A DNA stretch of 63,670 nt, the filler included, from Octopus bimaculoides (lineage: Eukaryota), in the NCBI RefSeq assembly GCF_001194135.2. It is 3 parts of 3 records of this genome, joined end to end, with 100 filler letters (N's around TTAATTAATTAA, not from the genome) between each part and the next. Parts side by side here need not be neighbours in the genome. Positions count along the whole stretch, not along the records: positions 1 to 31,451 come from NC_068987.1; 2 more parts are not named here. One strand, 5' to 3'. Numbering within the stretch: the stretch's first letter is position 1; each line of letters opens with the position of its first letter. A model generated the notes under the pieces. The model made no database searches and was not told where the DNA came from. It saw only the letters and a program-made list of their open reading frames with translations. Of this stretch, positions 1-11,904 are shown piece after piece. The position numbers were made by a program, and so were the translations under genes.

Positions 1-15
1 AAACCCGTCGTATAC

Positions 16-60
<45 letters not shown>

Positions 61-255
61 TGTGTTTGTCCCCCCAACATTGCTTGACAACCGATGCTGG
101 TGTCTTTACGTCCCCATAACTTAGTGGTTCAGCAAAAGATACCGATAGAATAAGTACTAGGCTTACAAAGAATAAGTCCTGGGGTCGATTTGCTCGACTA
201 AAAGCAGTGCTCCAGCATGGCTGCAGTCAAATGACTGACACAAGTAAAAGAGTAA
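1..255 (+). mobile_element. 3' half of a SINE-like interspersed repeat (family C here) with internal (TG)n
   Basis: Nearly the exact reverse complement of 28782-29005; related copies at 25955-26190, 26555-26700 and 11770-11900. Ends aaatgactgacacaagtaaaagagtaa. Confidence 0.85.
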
Positions 256-404
256 TAGCCAGCAGACTTATACAAAAAGGAATGAACACATTTATGGTGA
301 AGGTAATTTGCATAATATAAACAAAAGTGATTTATTTTTTCTGAGTTATTATGTCTATTTAACACACACACCTAGTACAATCCTTGTATAGTACAACCAT
401 GTAT

Positions 405-712
405 GTATGAAGGCATGTGGCTCACAATCGTAAGGTCACGAGTTCGATTCCTGGTGGCACATTGTTCCTTCAGCAAGACACTTTATTTCACATTGCTCCA
501 GTTCACTAAGCTGGCAAAAATGAGTAGTACCTGTATTTCAAAGGGCCAGCCTTATCATATTCTGTGTCACACTGAATTTCCCTGAGAACTATGTTAAGGG
601 TATGCATATCTGTGGAAATCTCAGCCACTTGCATGTTAATTTCACGAGCAGGCTATTCCACTGGTCAGGTCAACTGGAACCCTCATTGTTGTAAGTGACA
701 CAGTGCCAGTTA
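405..712 (+). mobile_element. tRNA-derived SINE (family B here), decayed
   Basis: B-box-like gagttcgattcc, then cagcaagacactttatttcacattgctccagttcac shared with 4903-5248 and, inverted, 21841-22152. Confidence 0.75.
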
Positions 713-864
713 TGTATTTGAGTAACATAGACAAATATGAGCATCTCAAGTGGATTTCATATCTCCAGGCTTGACAAAATGAAATACAAGTACTGGAGAC
801 AATGTAATCAACTACCTTCCAAATTGCTGGCCCTGTGCCTAAATTAGAAACAATATTTTATTAA

Positions 865-1322
865 AAAGGGAGGCAAGCGAGCAGAATTAGTACAACAATT
901 CTGCAAAAAATGCCTAGTGGCATCTTATCTGTTTCTTTACATTCTGAGTTCAAATCCTGCTGAGGTAAATTTCATCCCTTTGGGGTTAATAAACTGAAGA
1001 ATGAGTCAAGTACTGGGGTTAATGATGTCAACTAACCCCCTTCCCTTAAAATTACTGACTTTGTGTCTAAATTAGAACCCATTATTATCATTATTATTAT
1101 TATTATATTAGCACATTGGATAGAATGCATAATGGCATTTCTTCTGTCTTTATGTTCTGAGTTCAAATTCTGCTGAGGTTGACTTTGCCTTTCATCCTTT
1201 TGAGATCGATAAAATAAGTACCAGTTGAACACTGGGTTTGATGTAATCGACTCATCCCCTTCTCCAAAACTGCTGCCCTTGTAGCAAAAATTTGAAATTA
1301 TTATTATTGTTATCATTATTAT
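865..1322 (+). mobile_element. Two tandem copies of an (ATT)n-tailed SINE (family A here)
   Basis: Each has ttctgagttcaaat(t/c)ctgctgagg...tcatcc...gtactggg...ccc...aaa ending in attattatt; inverted copies at 10480-10820 and 20990-21225, direct copy at 42045-42330. Confidence 0.8.
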
Positions 1323-1327
1323 GAAGA

Positions 1328-2340
1328 ATGATGACAATAGTGATATCTAGTAGTCAATGTTCAGAGGCATTTTCTGTTGCCACTGGAACCAAACAGGGCT
1401 GTGTTTTAGCATCAGTACTTTTTTCCATATGTTTTTCAATGATACTCCAACATGCTTTCAGAGATAACCATGAAGTTGTAAAATTCCAGTTTTGCACAGA
1501 AAGGGGTCTACTAAACCTGAAGGGGCAAAGTTTCAGATCAAAGAAAAAGACCAAGGAAGAGATTTTACATGACTTTCTGTTTGCCGATGATTGCACTCTG
1601 ATTTCTCATACATTTGAAAGAATTCAGGAAATGGTCGACAGGTTTGCTGCAGCAGCTTGTGCAGTTTGACTGATTATCAATATCAAGAAGACTGAAGTTT
1701 TATTCCAACCAAAGCCTGGGACAGAATATACTCAAGAATCAAATGACAACAAGCCACTCAAATGGATCAGGTCACTTAAATATCTTGGAAGTACAGTAAA
1801 CTTTAAGAGTACTCTTGAAGAAATCAATGTTAAAATATCCAAGGCTACAAATGCTTTTGGAAAATTTTTCCACCATTTGTGTGATGAACACAGTGTCAAT
1901 CTGAAAACTAAAATAAATGTATACAAATCCTGTATTTTGAGCACACTTTCATAAGGAGCAGAAATATGGACTCCCTAATACAGACATATAAAGAAACTTG
2001 AAATCTTTCACATGTGCTGTCTGTGCAATATCTGCAACATAAAATGGCAAGATGAGATATCAAATATCAAAATCTTAGAAAAATGTGATATCTCCAGTAT
2101 CCAAAGCATGCTGCTGAGAATTCAGTGCAGATGGATAGGACATGTTCGAATGAAATATGACCACATTCCAAAAATTCTTCATTATGGCCAACAAGTGGAA
2201 GGATATTGTGGTAACCTGTCCTTAAGTTAAAGCAATCAGTAAAATCTCTACAGCTTAACTTGGGAAAGTCATTGTTTAGATCAATCTACATGGCGTAAAA
2301 TGTGTCATGATGCATCAAAACAATCTGATTTGAAAAAAAA
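1328..2340 (+). mobile_element. 5'-truncated, decayed RTE-BovB-like LINE (RT core and C-terminal ORF2)
   Basis: GTKQGCVLASVLF, DFLFADDC (RT motifs), then INIKKTEVLFQPKPG, KYLGS, KTKINVYKSCILSTL, CNIKWQDEISN, RWIGHVRM across stops and frameshifts. Confidence 0.88.
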
Positions 2341-3389
2341 CAGAATGATAAAAGAATTATATCCTGCAATCAACAGACACATTTGCCCAATCCCAGGCAA
2401 AATCAAAAATCACCAGTATCCCTATAGCATGGACTCAAATTACATTCACACATCCATCGCAAGTAGATGCAGTTTCTTCTGTTCTTTTATTTTTAAAAGC
2501 TATTTTCTCTTTTGTTTTCTTTTTAAATCCTCTCCTTCAAACACTCACATGTTGAAATGAACGGGAGCAACCATCATCATTATTATTATTATTTTCATTC
2601 TAACCTCTGAGCTATCTCTGTCACATCTCAGCTCCAACCCATAGCTAAGAGACACAACACTTTTCTCAACACATGAACCCTTCCAAATATTGCTGCCAAC
2701 TGAGTTTGGTATTTGCAGCTTTTGATGCCAGAATATTGCTTTCTTTGAGATGGTCCTAAGTAAACTGATCACAATGAGTACCACTCACTTTTGAAGCACT
2801 GTGGATGCATTTCACTTCCATTATCATTATTTACTAACTCCATAGGATAATGGAGTTATTTACATCAGAAATAATTTTAACAAAAGAGATCTCAGCACCA
2901 CTAAATGAGAATTCCACCATAAGTTGTATAATTTGAGATTGTGTCAAAGCAAATAAGAGTTTCCTGTTAGCTTGCGTACCTCTTGTCTATTTAACATTTG
3001 AAGTGGATGTCACATAAGTGTTTCAAGTTTCAAGTCATCTCACTCATTTAAAGTGTTATCAACAATACAAGATGTCTGTTGCTGCGTTGCTACCTATCAA
3101 CTACTTTTCTCTTTTTTGTGAATGAATGTAAAAAACTAGGAAAACAACAACACAAAACATAAAACAAACAAAAACATTACAAGAAACATGTCTTTTAATC
3201 ATTTCATTACCATATTCCTAATGAAATACACTGCCTTCATTTCAATTAATTTTAGAATTACTGTCATTATTAATTCTTTTGATGCCAACTTGTCTGAAAT
3301 CACTCTTGATTCTAGAATACATACTTCCTGTTTTGAAATGATCTAAAGCTGGTCTTGGTGGGATTTGAACCGATAATGTTTATAAGTAC

Positions 3390-3620
3390 AAACATGGCTG
3401 TGTGGTTATGAAGCTTGCTTCCCAACCACATGGTTTTAGGTTCAGTCTCACAGCATAGCACTCTGGGCAAGTGTCTTCTACTATAGCCTCCAAATGAGTG
3501 GATTTGATAGACAAAAATAGAAAGAAGCCCATTGTATATGTATGTGTGTGTGAGCATTTCTCTTTCTCTTGACATCATGTGATGGTTGTAATTGAGTATC
3601 ACTACCATACAAATAACAAC
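3390..3620 (+). mobile_element. SINE head and body (family C type) abutting an RTE fragment
   Basis: gcttgcttcccaaccacatggttttaggttcagtc...gggcaagtgtcttctactatagcc...gtggatttgatagac matches 25800-25940 and 34035-34200. Confidence 0.75.
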
Positions 3621-4530
3621 ATTCCTGATGCTTCTTAGGTCCAACTTTTCTCTCAAGGTACTTGCACTCTGACGAGTATGCACATTGACATTACACATCC
3701 ATCGGAGCATACTGGCTTCATTCCTTGCGAGCTTACGCATGTCTTCAGCAGTCATGGCCCATGTTTCACTGCCATGTAGCATGGCTGTTCATACACATGC
3801 GTCATAGAGTCTGCCTTTTACTCTGAGTGAGAGGCCCTTTGTCACCAGCAGAGGTAAGAGCTCTCTGAACTTTGCCCAGGCTATTCTTATTCTAGCAGCT
3901 ACACTTTCAGTGCACCCTCCACCGCTACTGACTTGGTCACCTAGGTAATGGAAGCTATCAACTACTTCTAGTTTTTCTCCCTGGAATGTGGCAGAAGTTG
4001 TTCTCTGCACATTTTCAGTGTTTATTGCTCCTGAACATCTGCCACATACAAAAACTAACTTCCTAGTTAGCCTTCCTTTGATATTGCTGCACCTCTTATG
4101 TGTCCATAGCTTACACTGGGTGCATCTTATAGAGTTTCTACCTACACCTTTTCTACAGATCGAGAAGGGCCATCTACCTGAAGGGGTTTGTGGTTTGTCT
4201 ACCTTTCTACTTATTAGGACTTTGGTTTTAGCTAGGCTGACTCTAAGGTCCTTCGATTCTAATCCTTGCTCCACACCTGAAACTTCTCCTCCAGTTCTGA
4301 TAGTGACTCAGCAATTAGGGCAAGGTCATCAGCATAGAGGAGCTCCTAGGGGCATCCTGTCTTGAATTCCTNNNNNNNNNNTCAGCATAGAGGAGCTCCT
4401 AGGGGCATCCTGTCTTGAATTCCTGTGTTATTGCCTGGAGGACTATTATAAATAGGAGGGGGCTGAGGACTGAACCTTGGTGAACCCCTACCTTTACCTG
4501 GAATTCTTCACTATACTCATTGCCAACCTT
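3620..4530 (-). mobile_element. RTE-clade LINE fragment: RT core, PHD-like Cys/His insert, post-RT region
   Basis: Minus strand reads VGNEYSEEFQVKVGVHQGSVLSPLLF...ELLYA(DDL), then ICRKGVGRNSIRCTQCKLWTHKRC...CGRC, YLGDQVSSGGGC, LHGSETWAMT. Same family as 11905-13405, 30490-31445 and 31552-31830. Confidence 0.92.
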
Positions 4531-4559
4531 CTTGGTATTAATACTAATAAATATTAAAT

Positions 4560-4860
4560 GGTATCATCATCATCATTTAATATCCATTGTCCATGCTGGC
4601 ATGGGTTAATTGGTTTGACTGGGGCTGGTAAGCTGCACCAGACTCCAGTCTGATTTGGCATGGTTTTCTACAGCTGGATGCTCTTCCTAACACCAACAAC
4701 TCTAAGAGTGTAATGGGTGCTTCTATGTGCCACCAATATCTGCCATGACTACCATTTTGCTCGGCTTGATGGGTCTTCTCAAGCACAACATAATGTCAAA
4801 GGTCTCAGTCATTGCCTCCGTGAGGCCCAATGCTTGAAAGGAACTCAGCCACTTTACCTC
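4560..4860 (-). mobile_element. 3' end of the same RTE family with (GAT)n tail
   Basis: Reverse complement contains ttcaagcattgggcctcacggaggcaatgact (as at 30760-30795), then the shared 3' UTR and gatgatgat tail. Confidence 0.85.
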
Positions 4861-4902
4861 CATGAGATTTATATATATATATACATATATATTAGGGCTG
4901 CA

Positions 4903-5248
4903 ATGAAGGTACATGGCTCAGTGGTTAGAGAGTCGAGCTTATGATCATGAAGTTGTGAGTTCGAATCCTGGACTGGGCTGCGTGTTGTATTCTTGAGCAA
5001 GACACTTTATTTTACGTTGCTCCAGTTCACTTAGCTGCAGAAATGAATTGCGACATCACAGGTGCCAAGCTGTATCGGCCTTTGCCTTTCCCTTAGATAC
5101 CATCGGTGGCGTGGAGAAGGGAGGCTGGTATGCATGGGCAACTGCTGGTCTTCCACAAACAACCTTGCCAAGACTTGTGCCTGGAGGTGGGGTGGGTAAC
5201 TTTCTAGGTGCAATCCCATGGTCAGTCATAACCAAAGGGGGTCTCAGC
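4903..5248 (+). mobile_element. tRNA-derived SINE (family B) inserted into the hAT left end
   Basis: A-box-like tggctcagtggttaga and B-box gagttcgaatcct; flanked by the 9-bp direct repeat agggctgca (4894-4902, 5249-5257). Confidence 0.9.
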
Positions 5249-5356
5249 AGGGCTGCAGAATTTAACGATTAATTAATCGATTAATCGTTAATTTATTTTA
5301 ATGATTAAATTTTTATTAATCGGTTTCAAATTTAATTTTCTACCCATCATTAATAA

Positions 5357-7181
5357 ATGTGCCAGAAGTCGGGAAGCAATACTAATGACAGTAAAATGGC
5401 GGCAGAGAAGAATCGAGTTATGAAATATAAACCTTTATCAGGTCGACTACATGAACATTTTGGATTTAAATTGTTGGCTGATGGTAATATCCAAATTCCT
5501 GATAATGTTTATTGCATCCATTGTGACAAATCATTCGCATACCATGGATCTAACACATTGCTTACTTACAACCTTCAAAACAAACACTTGCTACAGTATT
5601 CGAAACCTCACCTCACAAAGTCAGCTTCATTTAGTCAGTCTACAGCAGCGGTGTCATCTACCACCAAGCAGACTACTTTGAGTTAGTTTTATTGTCGGTC
5701 TGATCATCCAGTGAGTGCTACCGTACAACGGGACATTAAAACATCACTTGCAAACTGGATAGCTAATAGTGGTAGACCAATATCGATGATGATCTTCAGC
5801 AAGTATTGCGTACAGCGCTTCAAAATACCGAATACAAACTACCTTGCTGGCGCACTATTGATAGAAGGTTGGCTGATATTTATAACAGCAAAAGAGAAAG
5901 TGTTAAAGAAGGAGTGAAAACTTTGAAGGCAATTGTGCTAACGTCTGATTTTTGGACATCCCTAGGTAATGAAAGTTATTGTGGAATTACTGGCCATTGG
6001 ATTATTGATGACTGGAATTTAATAAGTGTTGTTCTTGAATGTGTGCATGTTATTGAACGTCACTATTCTAACAATGTTTCTGAGTTATATAAACAATTTG
6101 TAAAAGACTGGGATATAACAAAGAAGATTCAGGTTTTAGTAACAGACAATGCACGAAGTTTGATTTCAGCTGTTAATCAAACTAGTTTTGCTCATAGCCT
6201 GCAGTTGAGCATATTGCATGGATTTAAAGCCACAGATACAGAAACATTGTTTGTTAAATTTCGAAAAATCATAGGATATTTTAAACATAGCCCTATCCAC
6301 ACAACTGAATTGCAGAATTGTAGTGATTCACCATTGCGTAAGCTACAGCAAGATGGAACAGTACTTTTCTAATGCTGCAGAGTCTGCTGCAGGCCAGAGA
6401 AGTAATAACCATTTACATGTCAGACAAAGAGAAACAATATAAAGGTCCAAAACTGTCCGATTCTGAATCAGAAAAGATTTCAAAATACATCAACATTTTA
6501 GACTATTCTGTCAGGCTACAGTCCAGCTTGGCGATGAAAAATATGTGTCGTGTAGCTGTGTATTGCCACTGTTATTTTCTTTGACAAAGTACATGACTGT
6601 AAATGATGAAGATCCAGGTTATATAGCCAGATTCACGGAAGCATCTGTTAATGACTTCAGCAAATGTGTAGCTGACATGAAAAGTATTGAAATATTACAG
6701 ATTGCAACAGCACTTGATCCATGATACAAAACCTTGAAGTGCTTATCAGATGATTCAAAAGAACAAACTTGGTTACTTATTGGACAACAAATAGCAGTTG
6801 ATGTTAATGATAATCGGTTGAAGACTAATGCACATGATGATACTGACAGTGTCAATAAAACTATATGCAAACCTAATGAAAGGTGCATTAAGCTGATGGA
6901 GCCTGACTCAGACTTAGAAGAGGGTGTCAAAATCACTTCTGATGAAGTACAGTGATATAAAATGAAGAAAAAAGTTGCTGAATCAGTTGATCCACTACAA
7001 TAGTGGAAACTTAATGAACATCAATATCCAAAATTGGCATCTTTTGCCGAAACTGTTCTGTGCATACTCGCTACCTCAGTTCCGTATGAACGATTATTTA
7101 GCTCTTCTGGTTACATTGTTAACAAGACGCATTCATCACTTGAACCAAATACTGTTAACATGTTTGTGTTTGCGTAACTAG
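5357..7181 (+). pseudogene. hAT (BED zinc finger, ZBED-like) transposase pseudogene
   Basis: BED finger VYCIHCDKSFAYHGSNTLLTYNLQNKH; catalytic-region motifs LTSDFWTS and LVTDNARS; C-terminal dimerisation segment WKLNEHQYPKLA...ATSVPYERLFSSSG; many stops and frameshifts. Confidence 0.92.
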
Positions 7182-7360
7182 TTATCCAACAACATATGAG
7201 TAAGCAAACGCCTATGCTATGTCTTGTTTTTAACTGAATCATAAACTTGTCAATAAATGCAACTGCAGACATTTTTATGTTTTAATTGAAATTAACTATT
7301 AATTAATCATTAATTTCTCACTAAAGTTAATTATTAAAATTAAATTAAGCATTACCAGCC

Positions 7361-7400
<40 letters not shown>

Positions 7401-7605
7401 NNNNNNNNNNNNNNNNNNNNNNNNNNNNNNNNNNNNNNNNNNNNNNNNNNNNNNNNNNNNNNNNNNNNNNNNNNNNNNNNNNNNNNNNNNNNNNNNNNNN
7501 NNNNNNNNNNNNNNNNNNNNNNNNNNNNNNNNNNNNNNNNNNNNNNNNNNNNNNNNNNNNNNNNNNNNNNNNNNNNNNNNNNNNNNNNNNNNNNNNNNNN
7601 NNNNN

Positions 7606-7792
7606 TGATGGTCCAGAACCAGAAGAAGCAGGCGGCGCAGGTGGAGGTGGTGGTGGTGGTGGTGGTGTAACAGGTTTTGGTGGCAGAGGTGAAACAGGTC
7701 TTGGTATAGGGGATGGTATTGGACTTGGTGGTGCCGCCGCAGTTGAATTTATATTCAACTTGTTGATGTCTAAGACACCTGTTGAAGAACTC
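7606..7792 (-). CDS. Coding exon of an unidentified minus-strand gene, proline-rich (SSSTGVLDINKLNINSTAAAPPSPIPSPIPRPVSPLPPKPVTPPPPPPPPPAPPASSGSGPS), runs into the N gap
   Basis: Acceptor cttcttaacttttgcag| at 7793; open frame, phase-2 entry; CCA-rich codons with mixed amino acids rather than a pure microsatellite. Confidence 0.75.
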
Positions 7793-9065
7793 CTGCAAAA
7801 GTTAAGAAGCAGTCATTCAGTTAAATATGTCAGAAATTCAGTCTTCATTTGATGTTTTATGGAACACTTCAACATGTTATAAAAAAGTCTATTAAATTAT
7901 TCTAGAATGGCGATTTAGTGGAGTCATTAGAGTGTTGGAAGGAAGGTCTTGAGTTATTTGGTCCAGTTCTCTGTGATCTGAGTTCAAATCCTACCAAAAG
8001 TAAAATTTAAGCACAAGACTATCAATTTAATTAGTTGATACCATTGACCCCTGTACTAGACTAGTACCATATATTAGCAATCCCGGAGGGAGGAAAAGGA
8101 AAGTTGACCTCGGTAGAATTTGAACATAGAATATAAAAAGTTAGAGCCACACCATAAAGCATTTTCTCTGATGCTCCAATGATTCTGCAAGTTCACTTTC
8201 CTAATTTTGAGGCTGATGAATAATTGCTTTTAATTTAAGCCCCAAGCCATCAATTTAATTAGTCGATGCCATCTACCCCATTATTTGACTAGTATTTTAT
8301 TTTATACCAACTCTGGAGGGATGAAAGGCAAAATTGATCTCAGAATATAAAGAACCAGAGGAAAATACCTCAGCTATTTTGTTTTCTGACTTTAATACAG
8401 GCATGACTTTGTGGCAAGAAGTTTGCTTCCCAACCACATGGTTCTGGGTTCAGTACCACTGCATGGCACCTTGGTGTAGTGTTGGAATATAAATTAACAT
8501 GAAATTTTAACAGGTTTTGATTTTGATCACTTTAAAACAGGATATTTATAAAATAGAACCAATGATATCTTAGGTAGGTCAGTATCAAAGGGGTTAAAGA
8601 AAATAGATAGCACTTAATAATGGTTTTCAGGAATACATAAAGATTTAATCAATATTAAATGCAGGATAAAAAAAAATTACAATATGCCAAAACATTTAAA
8701 ATAAAATTCAGAGTAAAGAATGAAAATTATCAAAGGAAAAAAAATAAAATTGAAAAACAAAATGAACTTTAAAATCATCAGTAAAAAAAAAAAAAAGAGC
8801 ATTTAAACTGTTAGCAATGCAATAACATTTTGTAGTAAATTTGGTATTAATAAAGAAATATTCTCTTCTAAAAATAACATGAACAAAAATACAGATTTTC
8901 AGTGTAGCTTTATTTTACACAACAATTCAAAAGCATAAATCAAATATTTTTTTCTTCTTCCATTTAATCTTGTTTATAACTGCTGGAAAGATCTAGTTTA
9001 ACGGTGTTTTCTAAATCATTCACTAATGAGAATAACAGCATTTCAGTATTTTGGATAATATATAG

Positions 9066-9396
9066 TTTCGAGCGTGGCCTTTGCCAGTAAGACATCCGAG
9101 TGAGATCGTTGCCAGTGCCCCTGGACTGGCCCTTGTGCAGGTGGCATGTAAAATACACCATTTCGAGCGTGGCCGTTGCCAGTACCCGCCTGACTGGCCC
9201 TCGTGCTGGTGGCACGTAAAAGCACCCACTACACTTTCGGAGTGGTTGGCGTTAGGAAGGGCATCCAGCTGTAGAAACTCTGCCAAATCAGATTGGAGCC
9301 TGGTGTCGCCTCCTGGTCCACCAGTCCTCAGTCAAATCGTCCAACCCATGCTAGCATGGAAAGCGGACGTTAAACGACGACGATGATGATGATGAT
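9066..9396 (+). mobile_element. RTE 3' UTR fragment with two hairpin units and (GAT)n tail
   Basis: Collinear with 31090-31445; ends ggacgttaaacgacgacgatgatgatgatgat. Confidence 0.85.
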
Positions 9397-9714
9397 AATA
9401 TAGTCTAGATGAGTGGAAAGTAGTCTTTTCATATATTTTAAAAATCCATTGTTTTAATCTAAAAGAGTGATACATTTCACTCAACCAAATAATAAGTCAA
9501 TTAAATAATTAAAAAAAAAAGATTACATTCATGTGAAGAAAAAGGTTTGAACTAAATATGTCTGGTTGATTAATTTAAAAAATGCTTAAAATACTAATTA
9601 TTGTTGAACAGCCATGATCACACTGGGTAACATTCTAACTAACCCATTCAATTTACATGTCTAAATATGACCATTACAAGGTGGGACATACTGATCAAAA
9701 GATTTAGCACTTCA

Positions 9715-10085
9715 CCCTTTCATTACCATATTTCTTTTGAAACACTGCCTTTGATTCAATTGATTTTTTGAATAATGAAGAATTTAGTAAAATAACTTTA
9801 TCATAACTATATTGGTATAAGGCATGAAGCTGGCAGAACTGTTAGCATGCTGGGTAAATTGCTTGGGGTTGATAAGATAAGTACCAGGTGAGTACTGGCA
9901 TTTGATGTAATTTGACTTCCCCATCCCCTTAAAACATTGCTGATCCTCTGCTAAAATTTGAAACTTATTAAACTGGTATTTGGGATATAAATTAGCATGA
10001 AATTTTAACAGAAGGGTTTAATTTAAAACAGGAAGTTTGTATAATAGAACCAGAGACAGTTTCAGACAGATTGGTATTAAAAGGG
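9715..10085 (-). mobile_element. piggyBac-type MITE (family 1) with an internal SINE remnant
   Basis: Ends ccctttcattacca and tggtattaaaaggg are inverted repeats; TTAA on the right (10086-10089), ttca on the left; other copies at about 8480-8596, 18375-18590, 19472-20015 and 21640-22192. Confidence 0.7.
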
Positions 10086-10479
10086 TTAAAGCATGAGGCC
10101 CTTTTCTGAAGATTATAAAAGAGATTTAACTATTACAAGTGCAGGTCAATTGACTAGAGTCCCCTCATTGACTGAAACATTTATGTAGCTTAGCCCCAGG
10201 GCAACCCTGATCAAGCAGACCTATGATCAAAAGCATTCCAGTTGTGACCATCCTATCTGTTAAGAGCACATAAGACATTATATATCCTTTCCCTATTTAA
10301 GATGAAAGAGTGGGATTTTAGAGGGATTTGATTTAATTTTATAACTGTACTTAATATATCATTTTATTGTTAGACTTTACAAACTAATCAACGTTGTTAC
10401 CATATTTCTGTGAAACAATATTGTCTTTGTCTTTGTTAATTTTGAAAATAACAAAGAATTTAGTAATATAACTTTTGTT

Positions 10480-10820
10480 ATAATAATAATAATAATAGTA
10501 ATAATAATAGTGATGATGATGATGATGATGATTTCAAATTTTGGCACAAAGCCAATCATTGAGGCCAAAAGGATAAGTTGATTACATTGACTCAGTGTTC
10601 AACTGGGGCTTATTTTATCAAGCCTGAAAGGATGAAAGGCAAAGCTGACCTCAGGCACAAGGCCTGAAATTTGGGGAGGGGATAAATTACATTGACCCAA
10701 GTACTCAACTGGTACTTAATTTATTGACCCTGAAAGGATGAAAGGCAAAGTCGACCTCGGCAGAATTTGAACTCAGAATGTGCAGACAGACGAAGTGCCA
10801 CTAAGCATTTTGCCCCGCAT
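10480..10820 (-). mobile_element. Family A SINE with internal partial duplication
   Basis: Reverse complement of the 1110-1322 element; the ctgaaaggatgaaaggcaaag block occurs twice (about 10624 and 10731). Confidence 0.8.
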
Positions 10821-10821
10821 G

Positions 10822-10890
10822 CTACAAGAAACTCAGAAAACTGTTCTATTGGGAACAGCAAGGATGTTGAGATTGGTACTTGGGTGTTGA
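10822..10890 (+). mobile_element. Relic C-terminus of an RLE-type (R4/Dong-like) non-LTR retrotransposon
   Basis: Translates LQETQKTVLLGTARMLRLVLGC*, matching the QKxxLLGTAxILRxVL terminus I recall for this group; only 23 codons. Confidence 0.5.
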
Positions 10891-11904
10891 GTATCTTCCA
10901 TGATACTTAACATCTAGGCACAAAGTCTTATAATTTGTGGAAAGAGACCCCAAGAAACCCCTTGAGACCTTTGACAACATGTTGCTGTCTGTTCTCACAG
11001 AATTAACCAGAGTAAATAAGATCGAAAGCTCTGTGAAGTAAAATAAAGTAACCACATCATAAATGCTTTTCTATCAGCTCTACTTCCATGATTGAAACAC
11101 CAAACTTACCTATTATTATTTCCCCCAGAATTAATAACAATGACACAGCAATGGAGTATAAATGAGTACAAATACAATGTCAACATCTACTTTGATGTAA
11201 AAGTCAAGCTAAGAAGTCAGCCAATATATAATGGTTATTTTCCATTTATCTTATCTATTAATTCAATCATTTTCTCATTTGAGATAAGACCCACCTGCAG
11301 CTAATTAAACAGTTTCATGATTAAGCCAACCATACATCACTAATGCCAGACAGTTAGCCAGACTAAAATCTCTGCTATAAACAGAGAAAATATTTGTCTT
11401 CTTGTCTGTAATAAATTACTAGAAAAGCCAAGGGATAGCTTTTATAATAAAAGTAATAAAGACAGGTTTTGCTTCACAATAAATCATATTAAGTTGTTGT
11501 AGCCATGGGATTATTTCTAATTACAGTCTTATCCACTTGCTTGCAGAGGCCTTTCTTTTTCATTCAAGGCACAGGCCTAACTGCATTGTTAAGAAGTCCA
11601 CTTCCCAACTACATGGCCCTGGGTTCAGTCCCACTGCATGGTATCTTGAGGTCAGTGTCTTCTACTGTAGCACCAGGCCAACCAAAACCTTCAAAGTGGG
11701 TTTAGTAAATGGGGAAAAAAAAAACAAACAAAAATAAAAACAATTACATATACATATATTTATCTTTTTCTTGTTTCAGTCATTAGACTGTAGCCATGCT
11801 AGGGCACTGTCTAGAATTTTTTGTCAACTGAATCAACACCAGTACAATTTCTTTTTTTTTTTTTAAGCTTGGTACTTATTCTGTTGGTCTCTATTGCTGA
11901 ACAA

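Larger units (their letters stand above)
4893..7363 (+). mobile_element. hAT-superfamily DNA transposon, both ends present, non-functional
   Basis: Termini tagggctg (4893-4900) and cagcccta (7356-7363) are perfect 8-bp inverted repeats; flanked by atatatat on both sides (4885-4892, 7364-7371), consistent with an 8-bp TSD within (TA)n; encloses a transposase pseudogene. Confidence 0.9.

Noticed and set aside
4330-4430. About 45-bp direct repeat around a 10-N gap (also 30531-30600 and 62285-62372)
   Set aside because: Overlapping contig ends duplicated by the assembler, not biological duplications.
4905-4985. tRNA gene
   Set aside because: A and B boxes are present but run into a repeated SINE body; no convincing cloverleaf or acceptor stem.
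7606-7855. Plus-strand Gly-rich open frame (DGPEPEEAGGAGGGG...)
   Set aside because: Mirror of the proline-rich minus exon, which has a proper acceptor and an in-frame upstream partner.
8964-9022. Minus-strand terminal exon candidate NDLENTVKLDLSSSYKQD*
   Set aside because: Needs phase-1 entry, whereas the supported upstream exon exits in phase 2; abuts an RTE fragment.
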